Assembly (NCBI GenBank): GCA_029547745.1 | Contig: JAKPOQ010000004.1 | Span: forward strand, 2,737-66,736 | Length of the DNA stretch: 64,000 nt | Reading direction: 5' to 3' | Source: Actinomycetes bacterium | GTDB lineage: Bacteria > Actinomycetota > Thermoleophilia > UBA2241 | In this document: piece after piece, positions 16,063 to 25,635 of the stretch | Position numbering within the stretch: the stretch's first letter is position 1 | Layout: every line of letters begins with the position of its first letter | Program-made: the position numbers and the translations under genes | The notes under the pieces: model-generated | Databases searched by the model: none | Seen by the model: only the letters and a program-made list of their open reading frames with translations | Told to the model about the DNA's origin: nothing

Positions 16063-17337
16063 ATGTCAGACAAGCCCGCCTACATGCAGCATATGCCGCA
16101 CTTCGTGGCTCCCGCTGCGCCGATCACGATCGACCATGCCGAGGGCAGCTGGATCTACGCGACCGACGGCAGCAAATGGCTCGACTTCGTGATGGGCATC
16201 GCCGTCGTCAACACCGGCCACTGCCACCCGAAAGTCGTCGCGGCGGTGCGCGAGCAGAGCACCAAGGTATCTCACGCGCAGATGAACATGTACCGGTCAC
16301 AGCCGATGCTCGACCTGACCGAGAAGCTCATGGACATCCTGCCCGAGGGTCTCGACGAGGTCATGTACGCGAACTCCGGCGCCGAGGCCGTGGAGAACGC
16401 GGTCAAGCTGGCCAAGCAGGCGACGCGTCGCCCCGGCGTCATCGCTTTCCAGAACGCGTTCCACGGCCGCACGCACCTGACGATGGCGCTCACCGACTCT
16501 GCCCTCCACTATCGCGGGCACTTCGAGCCGCTCGTCGGCAGCATCTACCATGCGAAGTACTGCTACCCGTTCCGCACGCCGGCCAGCGAAGACCCGACGC
16601 AGTACGCGCTCGACGACGTGCGCCGCGTGCTCGGGTCCGAGATCTACGGCGACGACGTCGCCGCCATCATCGTCGAGCCCATCCAGGGCGAGGGCGGCTT
16701 CGTCATCCCCACCGCCGAGTTCATGCAGGGCCTGCGCGCCATCGCCGACGAGATCGGCGCCTGCCTGATCATCGACGAGATCCAAGCCGGCATGGGCCGC
16801 ACCGGCAAGTGGTTCTGCTTCGAGCACTACGGCGTCAAGCCAGACATCATGACCATCGCCAAGGGCATCGCCTCGGGTTACCCGCTGTCGGCTATCGCCG
16901 CTCCCAAGGCCCTTTGGGACAAGTGCGTGCCCGGTTCCATGGGCGGCACGTACGGAGGTAACGCCGTGTCCTGCGCCGCCGGCGTCGCCACGATCGACGC
17001 CATGCGCGACGAGGGCATGCTCGAGAACGCCGCGAGGCAGGGCGAAAAGCTCATGAAGTTCTTCCTCGAGAAGCAGAAGCAGTACCCGGCCATCGGCGAC
17101 GTGCGCGGCAAGGGCCTCATGTTCGCCATCGAGTGCGTCCAGCCGGGCGGCAAGGAGCCGAACGCCGCCGCGGCCAAGGCGTTCATCGCCGAGTGCATCA
17201 AGCGCAAGGTGATCGTCATGGGCGCCAGCCGGTTCGGCAACTGCGTCCGCTTCCTGCCGGCGATCAACATCAACGACGCCGACCTCGATCACGCGTTGGG
17301 CGTGTTCGACGAGGCGGCCAAGGCCGCGTTCGCCTGA
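16063..17337 (+). CDS. Class-III PLP-dependent aminotransferase (GabT/ArgD family)
   Basis: Start MSDKPAYMQ (residue 53 of the track ORF) with GGAGG SD. PLP lysine context TIAKGIASG. Typical fold motifs include DEIQAGMGRTGK. Confidence 0.85.
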   Translation: MSDKPAYMQHMPHFVAPAAPITIDHAEGSWIYATDGSKWLDFVMGIAVVNTGHCHPKVVAAVREQSTKVSHAQMNMYRSQPMLDLTEKLMDILPEGLDEVMYANSGAEAVENAVKLAKQATRRPGVIAFQNAFHGRTHLTMALTDSALHYRGHFEPLVGSIYHAKYCYPFRTPASEDPTQYALDDVRRVLGSEIYGDDVAAIIVEPIQGEGGFVIPTAEFMQGLRAIADEIGACLIIDEIQAGMGRTGKWFCFEHYGVKPDIMTIAKGIASGYPLSAIAAPKALWDKCVPGSMGGTYGGNAVSCAAGVATIDAMRDEGMLENAARQGEKLMKFFLEKQKQYPAIGDVRGKGLMFAIECVQPGGKEPNAAAAKAFIAECIKRKVIVMGASRFGNCVRFLPAININDADLDHALGVFDEAAKAAFA

Positions 17338-17443
17338 GGGGCGTCGCAGGACGAGGTCTCGGGGCGGCCGGGGCGCGTTCGCGCTCCGGCCGCCCCGTCG
17401 TATGGGGTCGCCTCCCTCAGGTCTCCTTGCTACACTCGCGACG

Positions 17444-17884
17444 ATGTCCGAGCCCGTCCCCACCGAGCGCTTCTCGATCCCGGTCCGCGTCCGCTACGCC
17501 GACACCGACGCCGCCGGAGTGTGCTACTACGCGAACTACCTGGCGTTCTTCGAGATGGCCCGTGTCGAGCTCCTGCGGCACCTCGGGGCGCCGATCCGCG
17601 ACGCCGAGGCACGCGGTTTCGTCTTCCCGTGCGTAGAGGCGCACGTCAGGTACCATCGGCCCGCGCGTCTGGACGACCTTCTCACGGTCGAACTATGGGT
17701 GACGGAGCTGCGCCGCTCGGCCTTCTCGTTCGGCTACCGGGTGACGCATGACGGCGACCTCGTGGCGAGCGGCGCGACGCGCCATGCCGCGGTCGATCCC
17801 GTCACCATGCGGCCCCAGCGCCTGCCCGACTGGTTGCTGGCTCTGTTTGACGCCGCGCCGGGGGCGGTACAGAAGGCCACATGA
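17444..17884 (+). CDS. Acyl-CoA thioesterase, 4HBT/hotdog fold (YbgC/FadM-like)
   Basis: Starts MSEPVPTERFSIPVRVRYADTDAAGVCYYANYLAFFE, the hotdog thioesterase signature. Confidence 0.75.
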   Translation: MSEPVPTERFSIPVRVRYADTDAAGVCYYANYLAFFEMARVELLRHLGAPIRDAEARGFVFPCVEAHVRYHRPARLDDLLTVELWVTELRRSAFSFGYRVTHDGDLVASGATRHAAVDPVTMRPQRLPDWLLALFDAAPGAVQKAT

Positions 17885-18849
17885 GTCGCCCGCCGGCAGA
17901 CGAGCAGTTGCCGCAGGATTTCGTGACCCGGATGCCAGACGACGTCGAGGTCCGGGTCTGCTATCGGCACCCTGACCGCGAGACCCTGGTGTCGTGCTCC
18001 AACTGCGGGCGCCCGATCTGCTACGAGTGCATGATCCCGGCGCCCGTCGGGTTCCACTGCCCCGACTGCGTGCGTCGCCAGAGCAGCTCCGCGCCTCGCG
18101 CACGCGTCGTGACGCGGGAGCAGACGCGCACCCGCTGGGGCGCCGGCGGAGTCGCCTCGCGCACGAGCCCCGGGACGAAGGCGCTCGTCGCCGTGAACGT
18201 GGCCTTCTTCCTCTTCGAGATGGTGTTCGCCGCCGGCATGGCCTTCGGGGGCAGCGTGTCGATGAGCCGGCTCACCTGGATCGGCGCGTTGATCCCCGCG
18301 CGCATCGTCATGGATCACGAGTACTGGCGTCTTCTGACCTCGATGTTCCTTCACGCCGGCATCCTCCACCTCTTCTTCAACATGTGGGCGCTGTGGGTGG
18401 TCGGCAGCTTCCTCGAGCGTGCCGTCGGCACGCTGCGCTTCGTCGTCCTGTACTTCGTTTCCGGGCTCGCCGGGTCGGTGCTCGTGCTCGTCGCCGGCCC
18501 CGGGAACGTGGCCACGGTCGGCGCTTCGGGGGCGATCTTCGGCCTGTTCGGAGCCACCTTCCTGTGGGCCTATCTCAACCGCGGCCGCGACGTGATGGCA
18601 GGGCAACTGGCGCGCTCGATGGGGATCGTCCTCGTGCTGAACCTCCTGATCACGTTCGCCGGCAGTGCCTACATCTCGTGGCAGGCTCACCTCGGTGGCC
18701 TCATCGGCGGCGTCGCCGCCTTCGCGGCCCTGTACTGGGGCGATCGTCGTGGCTTCCGCGGAAGGCTCGGCACCAATGCCCTGGCCGCCTTGGGCGGCAT
18801 CCTCGCCGTCTTGTGCGCGCTCGTCGTATGGCGCGTCCAGACCTGGTAG
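17881..18849 (+). CDS. Rhomboid-family intramembrane serine protease with N-terminal zinc-ribbon
   Basis: CxxC...CxxC N-terminus followed by multiple TM segments. Catalytic GASGAIFG serine motif; downstream His in AHLGG. Confidence 0.8.
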   Translation: MSRPPADEQLPQDFVTRMPDDVEVRVCYRHPDRETLVSCSNCGRPICYECMIPAPVGFHCPDCVRRQSSSAPRARVVTREQTRTRWGAGGVASRTSPGTKALVAVNVAFFLFEMVFAAGMAFGGSVSMSRLTWIGALIPARIVMDHEYWRLLTSMFLHAGILHLFFNMWALWVVGSFLERAVGTLRFVVLYFVSGLAGSVLVLVAGPGNVATVGASGAIFGLFGATFLWAYLNRGRDVMAGQLARSMGIVLVLNLLITFAGSAYISWQAHLGGLIGGVAAFAALYWGDRRGFRGRLGTNALAALGGILAVLCALVVWRVQTW

Positions 18850-18869
18850 CCGCGGGGGCCTTGGTCGAC

Positions 18870-20105
18870 ATGGACGCCGGGAGCAGCGGGGAGGCGCCGT
18901 TCATCGAGCCTAGGGCGCGGCTGACGCCGGCGGACGAAGTCGAGCGGCGCATCGCCGCCTTCCAGACAGTCCTGGAGGAGCGTGCCCTCGACGGCGCCCT
19001 CATCCTGCAGAACGCCGACCTCTACTACTTCAGCGGCACGATCCAGCAATCGCACCTGTACGTGCCCGCCGGCGGACCACCGAGCCTCTTCACGCGCAAA
19101 GTCGTGGAGCGGGCGCGTCGCGAGTCACCGCTCGACGACGTCGTCGCGCTCCCCTCGACGCGAGATCTTCCTGCGGCGATCGTGGCCCGCCACGGACGCC
19201 TGCCGGTGCAGCTCGGCCTCGAGCTGGACGTGCTGCCCGTCCGACGGGTGCGGCGCCTCCAGAAGCTCTTCCCGGGCGCCGCGTTCGCCGACATCGGTCC
19301 CGACGTCGTCCGTCTGCGGGCGGTCAAGTCGGCCTGGGAGATCGAGCGTATCGCCGTCGCGGCAGCCCTCGCCGACGAGGTCTTCCACCGCGCCTCTGAG
19401 CTCCTCGAGGAGGGGATGACCGAGGCGGCCTTCGCCGGGCGGGTCGAGTCCGAGGCGCGCGCGCTCGGCCACGAAGGCGTCATCCGCATGCGCGGGTTCA
19501 ATCAGGAGATGTTCTACGGCCAACTGTTGAGCGGGACAAGCGGCACGGCGGCGACGTTCCTCGACACGCCTCTCGGCGGGACCGGGCTCAGCCCGGCCGT
19601 CGCCCAGGGGGTGAGCTTCAGGCCGATCCGTCGCGGCGACCACGTTGTGTTCGATTTCGTCGCCGTACGCGAAGGTTACATGGCCGACTTCACGCGTATC
19701 CTCGTGCTCGGCAGGCTGCGTGACGAGCTGGCGCGGGCATACGGTGCCGCCCTGCAGGTGGAGGAGGCGGTGCGCGCTGTGGCGCGCCCCGGAGTGACGT
19801 GTGGGGCCGTCTGGGCGGCCGCCGAAGCGGCCGCCCAGACGGCCGGCCTGAGCGAGAGCTTCATGGGAGTGGGCGAAGGCAAGGTGCGGTTCGTCGGGCA
19901 CGGCGTTGGCCTCGAGCTCGACGAGCTGCCGGTGCTTGCCGCGGGCGAGAGTCGCCTCGAGGAGGGCATGGTCTTCGCCCTCGAGCCCAAGTTCGTGCTT
20001 CCGGGGCTGGGAGCCATCGGCGTCGAGAACACGTGGCGGGTGACGGAGGACGGCATCGTCCCCTTGACGCGGGCTTCGGAGGAGGTCGTGGAGCTGCCGG
20101 CGTGA
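18870..20105 (+). CDS. M24 family Xaa-Pro aminopeptidase / creatinase-like peptidase
   Basis: Real start MDAGSSGE, in frame inside track ORF 17994..20105. A creatinase-N-like region is followed by the pita-bread fold with metal ligands (HGVGLELDE...). Confidence 0.8.
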   Translation: MDAGSSGEAPFIEPRARLTPADEVERRIAAFQTVLEERALDGALILQNADLYYFSGTIQQSHLYVPAGGPPSLFTRKVVERARRESPLDDVVALPSTRDLPAAIVARHGRLPVQLGLELDVLPVRRVRRLQKLFPGAAFADIGPDVVRLRAVKSAWEIERIAVAAALADEVFHRASELLEEGMTEAAFAGRVESEARALGHEGVIRMRGFNQEMFYGQLLSGTSGTAATFLDTPLGGTGLSPAVAQGVSFRPIRRGDHVVFDFVAVREGYMADFTRILVLGRLRDELARAYGAALQVEEAVRAVARPGVTCGAVWAAAEAAAQTAGLSESFMGVGEGKVRFVGHGVGLELDELPVLAAGESRLEEGMVFALEPKFVLPGLGAIGVENTWRVTEDGIVPLTRASEEVVELPA

Positions 20106-20127
20106 CGCAGCGAGGGGGAGCAGGAGG

Positions 20128-20922
20128 ATGGAAGAGCTGAAGCGCGACATCTTCGTACATCGGATCGACGCGATGGGATTCCTGACTGCTGGGGGGTTGG
20201 TCGTCACGCACTCACGCGCCTTCGTGATCGACACGCTGGCGTGCCCTCAGGACATGGCCCCCGTCCTCGCTGTCCTCGCGGAGCGCGCCGCCGGACGCCG
20301 CCGCGTCGTCATCAACACCCATCATCACTGGGACCACGTCTACGGCAACGGCGCGTTCCCGACCGGCGACATCGTCGCCCAACGAAGCTGCCCGCGACTG
20401 CTCGAGGCGCAGCTCCATAGGCTGTCCGGGTCCGCTCCGGCGCCACCGCCTGAAGGCGTGCGGACGCCGACGATCACGTTCGGCGACCGTGTCGCGTACC
20501 TGGACCGGCACGAGACCGTCCATCTGATCGCCACGCCGGGTCACAGCGAGGATTCTCTCATCGTGTACCTGGACGGGGCGCGCGTCCTCTTCGCCGGCGA
20601 CACGCTCGAATGGCCCTTCCCCACCTTCGCGCAACGGGACGGCCGGGACACGTGGGTGCGCACGTTGCGTCAGCTCAAGCAGTTGCCTGCCGACATCATC
20701 GTGCCCGGCCACGGGCCGACGATGGGGAAGCAGCTCATCGACGCGAACGAGCGCTACATCACCGCCGTCTACGAGACGGTGGCCGCCGCGAAGCGACGTG
20801 GCGTGGAGCGGCATGAGCTCGACGTTCGACCCGAGGAGGTCCTCGGCTCCGACGTCGAGCTCGACGCGGTCTACCGCGAGGCGCATCGCGCCAACGTGGA
20901 GTGGGCCTACGACGAGGTGTGA
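20128..20922 (+). CDS. MBL-fold metallo-hydrolase
   Basis: HxHxDH motif present (NTHHHWDHVYG). Confidence 0.75.
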   Translation: MEELKRDIFVHRIDAMGFLTAGGLVVTHSRAFVIDTLACPQDMAPVLAVLAERAAGRRRVVINTHHHWDHVYGNGAFPTGDIVAQRSCPRLLEAQLHRLSGSAPAPPPEGVRTPTITFGDRVAYLDRHETVHLIATPGHSEDSLIVYLDGARVLFAGDTLEWPFPTFAQRDGRDTWVRTLRQLKQLPADIIVPGHGPTMGKQLIDANERYITAVYETVAAAKRRGVERHELDVRPEEVLGSDVELDAVYREAHRANVEWAYDEV

Positions 20923-20993
20923 TCGCGCGCCCGCGACGTGGATGCGCAGACGCGGCGCGCGTCGCGCGCGACGAGTCAGAGTAGCGGCGGCAA

Positions 20994-21015
20994 AAGTGGA
21001 CCAAGAGGGCCACTT
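20994..21015. promoter_or_regulatory. Imperfect inverted repeat AAGTGGACC-N5-GGCCACTT abutting a TAAATT -10-like hexamer, immediately upstream of the Rrf2 regulator start
   Basis: Read from the sequence. The Rrf2 ATG lies ~15 nt downstream with no SD, so the mRNA may be leaderless. This is the sort of auto-operator Rrf2 regulators use. Confidence 0.35.
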
Positions 21016-21031
21016 AGGGTAAATTGTCATC

Positions 21032-21478
21032 ATGAGACTCTCGACACGGGCCGACTACGCCGTACGCGCGGTGTTCGAGCTGGCGCGCCGAGGACCGGGC
21101 GCGGTCGTGCGCACCGGCACGATCGCCACCTCTCAAGGGATCCCGGGCAGTCGCCTGACCAAGGTGCTGCAGGACCTTGCCAAGGCAGGTCTTGTGCGTA
21201 CGTACCGCGGGAGCGGCGGGGGCGTCGCCCTCGCACGTTCGCCCGCGGAGATCACGGTGCGCCAGGTATACGAGGCCGTCGAGGGGCCCGTACTGTTGTG
21301 TCGTTGCCAGCAGCGGGTAGAACGCTGCGGCGACGAGCCGTGCGACACGCACGACTTCTGGCAAGGTGTCGAGTCGCTCCTCAACAAGGAGCTGGACACG
21401 ACGACGTTCGCGGCCCTCGTCCGGCGGACGCGCGCGGGCGCGACCGGCACGGCCGCCGGCACAGTGGGGAGGAGGTGA
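21032..21478 (+). CDS. Rrf2-family (IscR/NsrR-like) FeS-cluster transcriptional regulator
   Basis: N-terminal wHTH (MRLSTRADYAVRAV...). Cys cluster LLCRCQQRVERCGDEPC. Confidence 0.8.
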   Translation: MRLSTRADYAVRAVFELARRGPGAVVRTGTIATSQGIPGSRLTKVLQDLAKAGLVRTYRGSGGGVALARSPAEITVRQVYEAVEGPVLLCRCQQRVERCGDEPCDTHDFWQGVESLLNKELDTTTFAALVRRTRAGATGTAAGTVGRR

Positions 21479-21483
21479 ACCGC

Positions 21484-21717
21484 ATGGCAGAGCTCAAGGA
21501 GCAGGTCGAGAAGGCGCTCGCAGACATCCGTCCCGCCTTGCAGGCCGACGGTGGAGACATCGAGCTCGTCGATGTCGTCGACGGAGTGGTCCAGGTGAGG
21601 CTTCAGGGAAGCTGCGCCGGCTGCCCCATGTCGCAACTGACCCTGACCAACGGGGTCGAGCGCCACCTGAGGAACGTGGTGCCCGGTGTCGACCGGGTCG
21701 AGAACCTGGGATTCTGA
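21484..21717 (+). CDS. NifU-like (Nfu C-terminal domain) Fe-S cluster carrier
   Basis: 77 aa, the in-frame tail of track ORF 20938..21717. CAGCPMS CxxC motif. It is adjacent to the Rrf2 gene. Confidence 0.8.
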   Translation: MAELKEQVEKALADIRPALQADGGDIELVDVVDGVVQVRLQGSCAGCPMSQLTLTNGVERHLRNVVPGVDRVENLGF

Positions 21718-21808
21718 CACGGTGACCCGGTGATGGGGCGGCCGCCGGGCTCGCGGGGCGAGCCCGGCGGCCGCCCCTGTCGACCGACGACGGCAAGGGG
21801 GCGAAAGG

Positions 21809-22432
21809 ATGGAGCTCGAGGCCAAGTTCCGGGTCCCGGACCGGGCGACGCTCGAGCGGCTGGTCGCGGTTCCGCGTCTCGACGGCTACGACCTCGGGCC
21901 GCCCCGGGCGCGTCACGACGAGGACGTCTTTCTCGACACGGCCGACGGCCGTCTCCTCGCGGCCGGCTACTACCTGCGACGGCGGCGAAACGCCGACGGT
22001 CTGCGGATCACCCTGAAGGAGCTGGCCAACGGGACACGCGACGGGCTCTTGCGTCGCGAGGAGCACGAGCTCTGCGCCGGCGCCGAGCTCTTGCCGTCGG
22101 ACTGGCCGGAGGGGCCGCTGAAGCAGCGCCTCACGAGGATCGTCGGCGAAGCGGACCTCCGCCCGATCCTCGCCCTTGCCCAGGAGCGGCGCACCCGTGC
22201 GGTCAGTCTCGAAGGGCGTCTGGTGGCGGAGCTGAGCCTCGACATCGTCATTGTCGATGCCGAGGCTCACGCCGGGCGCTGGTACGAGGCCGAGGTGGAG
22301 GCGACGGAAGACGCCCCCGGCGCGGAGCTCGTGCGCCTCGCGACGGCCCTTCGCGAAGCATGGGGGTTGTCGCCTGAGTCGCGCGCCAAGTTCACGCACG
22401 CGCTCGCCCTGTCGGCCGAAGCTGCACCGTGA
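21809..22432 (+). CDS. CYTH-domain (triphosphate tunnel metalloenzyme) protein
   Basis: N-terminal MELEAKFRV (ExExK acidic motif). Confidence 0.7.
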   Translation: MELEAKFRVPDRATLERLVAVPRLDGYDLGPPRARHDEDVFLDTADGRLLAAGYYLRRRRNADGLRITLKELANGTRDGLLRREEHELCAGAELLPSDWPEGPLKQRLTRIVGEADLRPILALAQERRTRAVSLEGRLVAELSLDIVIVDAEAHAGRWYEAEVEATEDAPGAELVRLATALREAWGLSPESRAKFTHALALSAEAAP

Positions 22433-22663
22433 CCTTCGCGCGAGGCGACAGCGTCTCAAGTGACGGCGTTCACCCTGTATGGCACTGCGGTCCGTCTCAA
22501 AGACCCGTCTTGGCCCGAACGGCCTCACCGCGACGGGCCAGCCCGCCGTGGGCGTTCGTCGCGCGGCCGGCGGCAAGGTAGAGTGTTAAGGGACGAAAGG
22601 GGCACAGGGTGCGTCACCTGGCCGGTCGGCCGTGCACGGCCTCGAAGCGTTGGAGGAGAGAGT

Positions 22664-23647
22664 ATGAACGTGCTCGATGAGGGGATCGGTCCGCTGTTCA
22701 TGGATCCCGATCCCGACAAGGCGCGCGAGTTCTTCCGTCAGAAGTCGCGCGCTATGGTCGACAAGCGCATGAGCGCCAAGGAGGCCGTCGAGAGGTTCAT
22801 CCACGACGGCGACTACTTCGCCACCGGTGGCTTTGGCGCCAACCGGATCCCGACCGCCATCTGCCACGAGGTCCTGAGGCAGGGAAGGAAGCATCTCGGG
22901 TATCTCGGCCACACGACGACGCACGACTTCGAGCTCATGTGCGCTGGCAAGTGCTTCGACCGGCTGGACGCGGCCTACATCGTCGGTCTGGAGGCGCGTG
23001 GCCTGTCGCCGAACGCCCGACGTTACATGCAGTCGGGTGAGGTCCAGGTCGCCGACTGGAGCAACTACGCGGTCGCCGCGCGCCTGCGGGCGGCCGGCGA
23101 GGGCGTCTCGTACGGCCTCACGCGCAGCATGCTCGGGACCGACACGTTCAAGCACTCCGCGGCCAAGGTCGTCGAATGTCCCTTCACGGGCAAGAAGTAC
23201 GCCGCCGTGCCGGCCATTTGGCCCGACGTGGCCGCCATCCACGTGCACTACGCCGACATGTACGGCGACTCGGTCATCCGTGGCATCTCGATCGCCGACT
23301 ACGAGCTCGCCCGGGCGGCGAAGCACCTGATCATCACGACGGAGCGCATCGTCGACGACTCCGTCATCCGTGACGACCCGACGGCCACTGCGATCCCCTT
23401 CTACCTCGTCGACGCGGTCGTCGAGGTCCCGTACGGCAGCTACCCGGGCAACATGCCCTACCTCTACTTCTCCGACGAGGAACACCTCGCCGAGTGGCTG
23501 CGGGTCGAGAAGGACGAGGCGGAGTTCGCGAAGTTCCTCGACCGCTACATATACGGCGTCTCGAGCTTCGAGGAGTACATCGAGCTCTGCGGCGGTCAGG
23601 AACGGATGGAGCAACTGCGCAAGATCGAGAACCTGGTCCGTGAGTGA
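22664..23647 (+). CDS. CoA-transferase subunit A (glutaconate/3-oxoacid CoA-transferase family)
   Basis: Start MNVLDEGIGP with GGAGGAG SD. Family I CoA-transferase A-subunit features (FIHDGDYFATGGFG). Confidence 0.8.
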   Translation: MNVLDEGIGPLFMDPDPDKAREFFRQKSRAMVDKRMSAKEAVERFIHDGDYFATGGFGANRIPTAICHEVLRQGRKHLGYLGHTTTHDFELMCAGKCFDRLDAAYIVGLEARGLSPNARRYMQSGEVQVADWSNYAVAARLRAAGEGVSYGLTRSMLGTDTFKHSAAKVVECPFTGKKYAAVPAIWPDVAAIHVHYADMYGDSVIRGISIADYELARAAKHLIITTERIVDDSVIRDDPTATAIPFYLVDAVVEVPYGSYPGNMPYLYFSDEEHLAEWLRVEKDEAEFAKFLDRYIYGVSSFEEYIELCGGQERMEQLRKIENLVRE

Positions 23648-23657
23648 CGGGCGCGGG

Positions 23658-24449
23658 ATGGCGAAGGAGCCGACAGAGATGGCATCCGACTACAACATGA
23701 TGGAGATGATGATCAGCGTGGCCGCGCGCTTCCTCGAGGACGGGAAGTCAGTGGCGGTGGGCACCGGCGCTCCCTGCGCCGCGGCCATGCTCGCCCAGAA
23801 GACGCACGCGCCCGACCTCGTGGTCATCTTCGAGGCCGGCGGCGTGGCCCCGCAGTTGCCCGAGATGCCCATCTCGGTGGGCGACTCGCGGACCTTCTAT
23901 CGGGGGGTCATGGCGGCCGGCATGGTCGATGCGATGACCACGTGCGCCCGGGGGCAGGTCGACTACGCGTTCCTCGGCGGGGCCCAGATCGACAAGTACG
24001 GCAACATCAACTCGACCTGTATCGGCGACTATCAGAAGCCGAAGGTGCGCTTCCCCGGCAGCGGCGGGGCCAACGACTTCGCCTCTTTCTGCTGGAAGAC
24101 GATGATCATGACGGTGCACAGCAAGTCGCGGTTCGTCGAGACGTGCGACTTCATCACCTCACCGGGCTTCCTCACCGGCGAGGGCGCCCGTGAGGCGGCG
24201 GGCCTGCCGGAGGGCGGCCCGTACAAGATCATCACCGACCTCTGCGTGATGGGGTTCCACGAAGAGACCAAGGCGATGATGATCGAGTCGCTGCACCCCG
24301 GTGTGGAAGTGGACAAGGTGCGCAGCGAGACCGGCTTCGAGCTCATCGTCCCGGACGAGATCGGCGTGACATCGCCGCCTAGCGCCGAGGAGCTGCGCCT
24401 CCTGCGCGACGAGGTCGATCCGCTGCGCTTGGTGATCGGGCGCGCGTAA
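23658..24449 (+). CDS. CoA-transferase subunit B
   Basis: Start MAKEPTEMASDYN, in frame in track ORF 23370..24449. B-subunit motifs include SGGANDFA. Confidence 0.8.
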   Translation: MAKEPTEMASDYNMMEMMISVAARFLEDGKSVAVGTGAPCAAAMLAQKTHAPDLVVIFEAGGVAPQLPEMPISVGDSRTFYRGVMAAGMVDAMTTCARGQVDYAFLGGAQIDKYGNINSTCIGDYQKPKVRFPGSGGANDFASFCWKTMIMTVHSKSRFVETCDFITSPGFLTGEGAREAAGLPEGGPYKIITDLCVMGFHEETKAMMIESLHPGVEVDKVRSETGFELIVPDEIGVTSPPSAEELRLLRDEVDPLRLVIGRA

Positions 24450-24668
24450 GGACGGTCCGCGCGGCGGCTTGTCCGGGCACGCAGTCCGCTCGCAGCCCCC
24501 AGGTCCGTGGGCGGCGGCCGTCCGGGCGCCGCGGCAGGTGCGACTCGCGGTTCTTCGGAGCGACGGCCAGGGTGGCCTGCAGTCTGCCGGGTCCGACGCG
24601 CGGGGGCCATGGCATGCCATGGCATGTATACTCGCGCGCGGCGCGCAGACGAAGCGGAAGGAGGACGA

Positions 24669-25535
24669 GTGGGCGAGGCGGACACAGCGAAGGTCGGGGT
24701 CATCGGAGGCTCCGGCTTCTACGAGCTCCTCGCGGACGCCCGCGAGGTTCGCGTCGACACGCCGTTCGGCGAGCCGAGCGATGTCTACTTCGTCGGTGAG
24801 ATCGGCGGCGTGACGGTGGCCTTCTTGCCGCGCCACGCGCGCGGACACCGCATCCAGCCTTCCGACGTGAACTACCGGGCCAACATCTGGGGCATGAAGG
24901 CGCTGGGCGTGCGGTACGTGCTGTCCGCCAGCGCCGTGGGCAGTCTGCGCGAAGACCTCAAGCCCCTCGACATCGTCGTCCCCGACCAGCTCTACGACCG
25001 CACCAAGGGGCGTCCGAGTACGTTCTTCGGCGACGGTGTCGTCGTGCACATGGCGTTCGCCGACCCGTTCTGCCCGTATGTGACGGAGCAGATCGTCGCC
25101 GCCGCGCGCGCCGCGGGGGCGACCGTTCATGCCGGTGGGACCTATGTCTGCATCGAGGGGCCGCAGTTCTCGACGCGCGCAGAGTCGAACGTCTACCGTA
25201 AGCACGGCTTCGACGTCATCGGGATGACCAATCTGCAGGAGGCCAAGCTGGCGCGCGAGGCCGAGCTCTGCTACGCGACGATGGCGCTCGTGACCGATTA
25301 CGACGTGTGGTACGAGGGCGAGGAGGACGTCACGCTCGAGCAGGTGCTCGCCAACGTGCGCCGCAACGTCGAGACGGCGCAGGCCATCGTGCGTCGCGTC
25401 GTCCCCGCGCTCGACCTCGAGCGCGACTGCGCCTGCCGGCACGCCGTGGAGCATGCGATCAACACACCGGCGGAGCTCATCCCGGAGTCGACCAGGCAGA
25501 GGCTCGATCTGCTCATCGGCAAGTACCTCGACTGA
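24669..25535 (+). CDS. mtnP: S-methyl-5'-thioadenosine phosphorylase (purine nucleoside phosphorylase family)
   Basis: GTG start after GGAAGGAGGA SD. VGVIGGSGFYEL N-terminus and the PNP-family core. A 16-bp perfect palindrome CCATGGCATGCCATGG lies ~50 nt upstream. Confidence 0.85.
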   Translation: MGEADTAKVGVIGGSGFYELLADAREVRVDTPFGEPSDVYFVGEIGGVTVAFLPRHARGHRIQPSDVNYRANIWGMKALGVRYVLSASAVGSLREDLKPLDIVVPDQLYDRTKGRPSTFFGDGVVVHMAFADPFCPYVTEQIVAAARAAGATVHAGGTYVCIEGPQFSTRAESNVYRKHGFDVIGMTNLQEAKLAREAELCYATMALVTDYDVWYEGEEDVTLEQVLANVRRNVETAQAIVRRVVPALDLERDCACRHAVEHAINTPAELIPESTRQRLDLLIGKYLD

Positions 25536-25635
25536 AGCCTCGGCCGCGGTCGAAAGGAGATGATCGGCGCCCGGCGGCCGCCGGGCGCCGTCACATGGGG
25601 TCCGGCGCACCGCGCCGGCGCGAAAGGAGTGGGAC

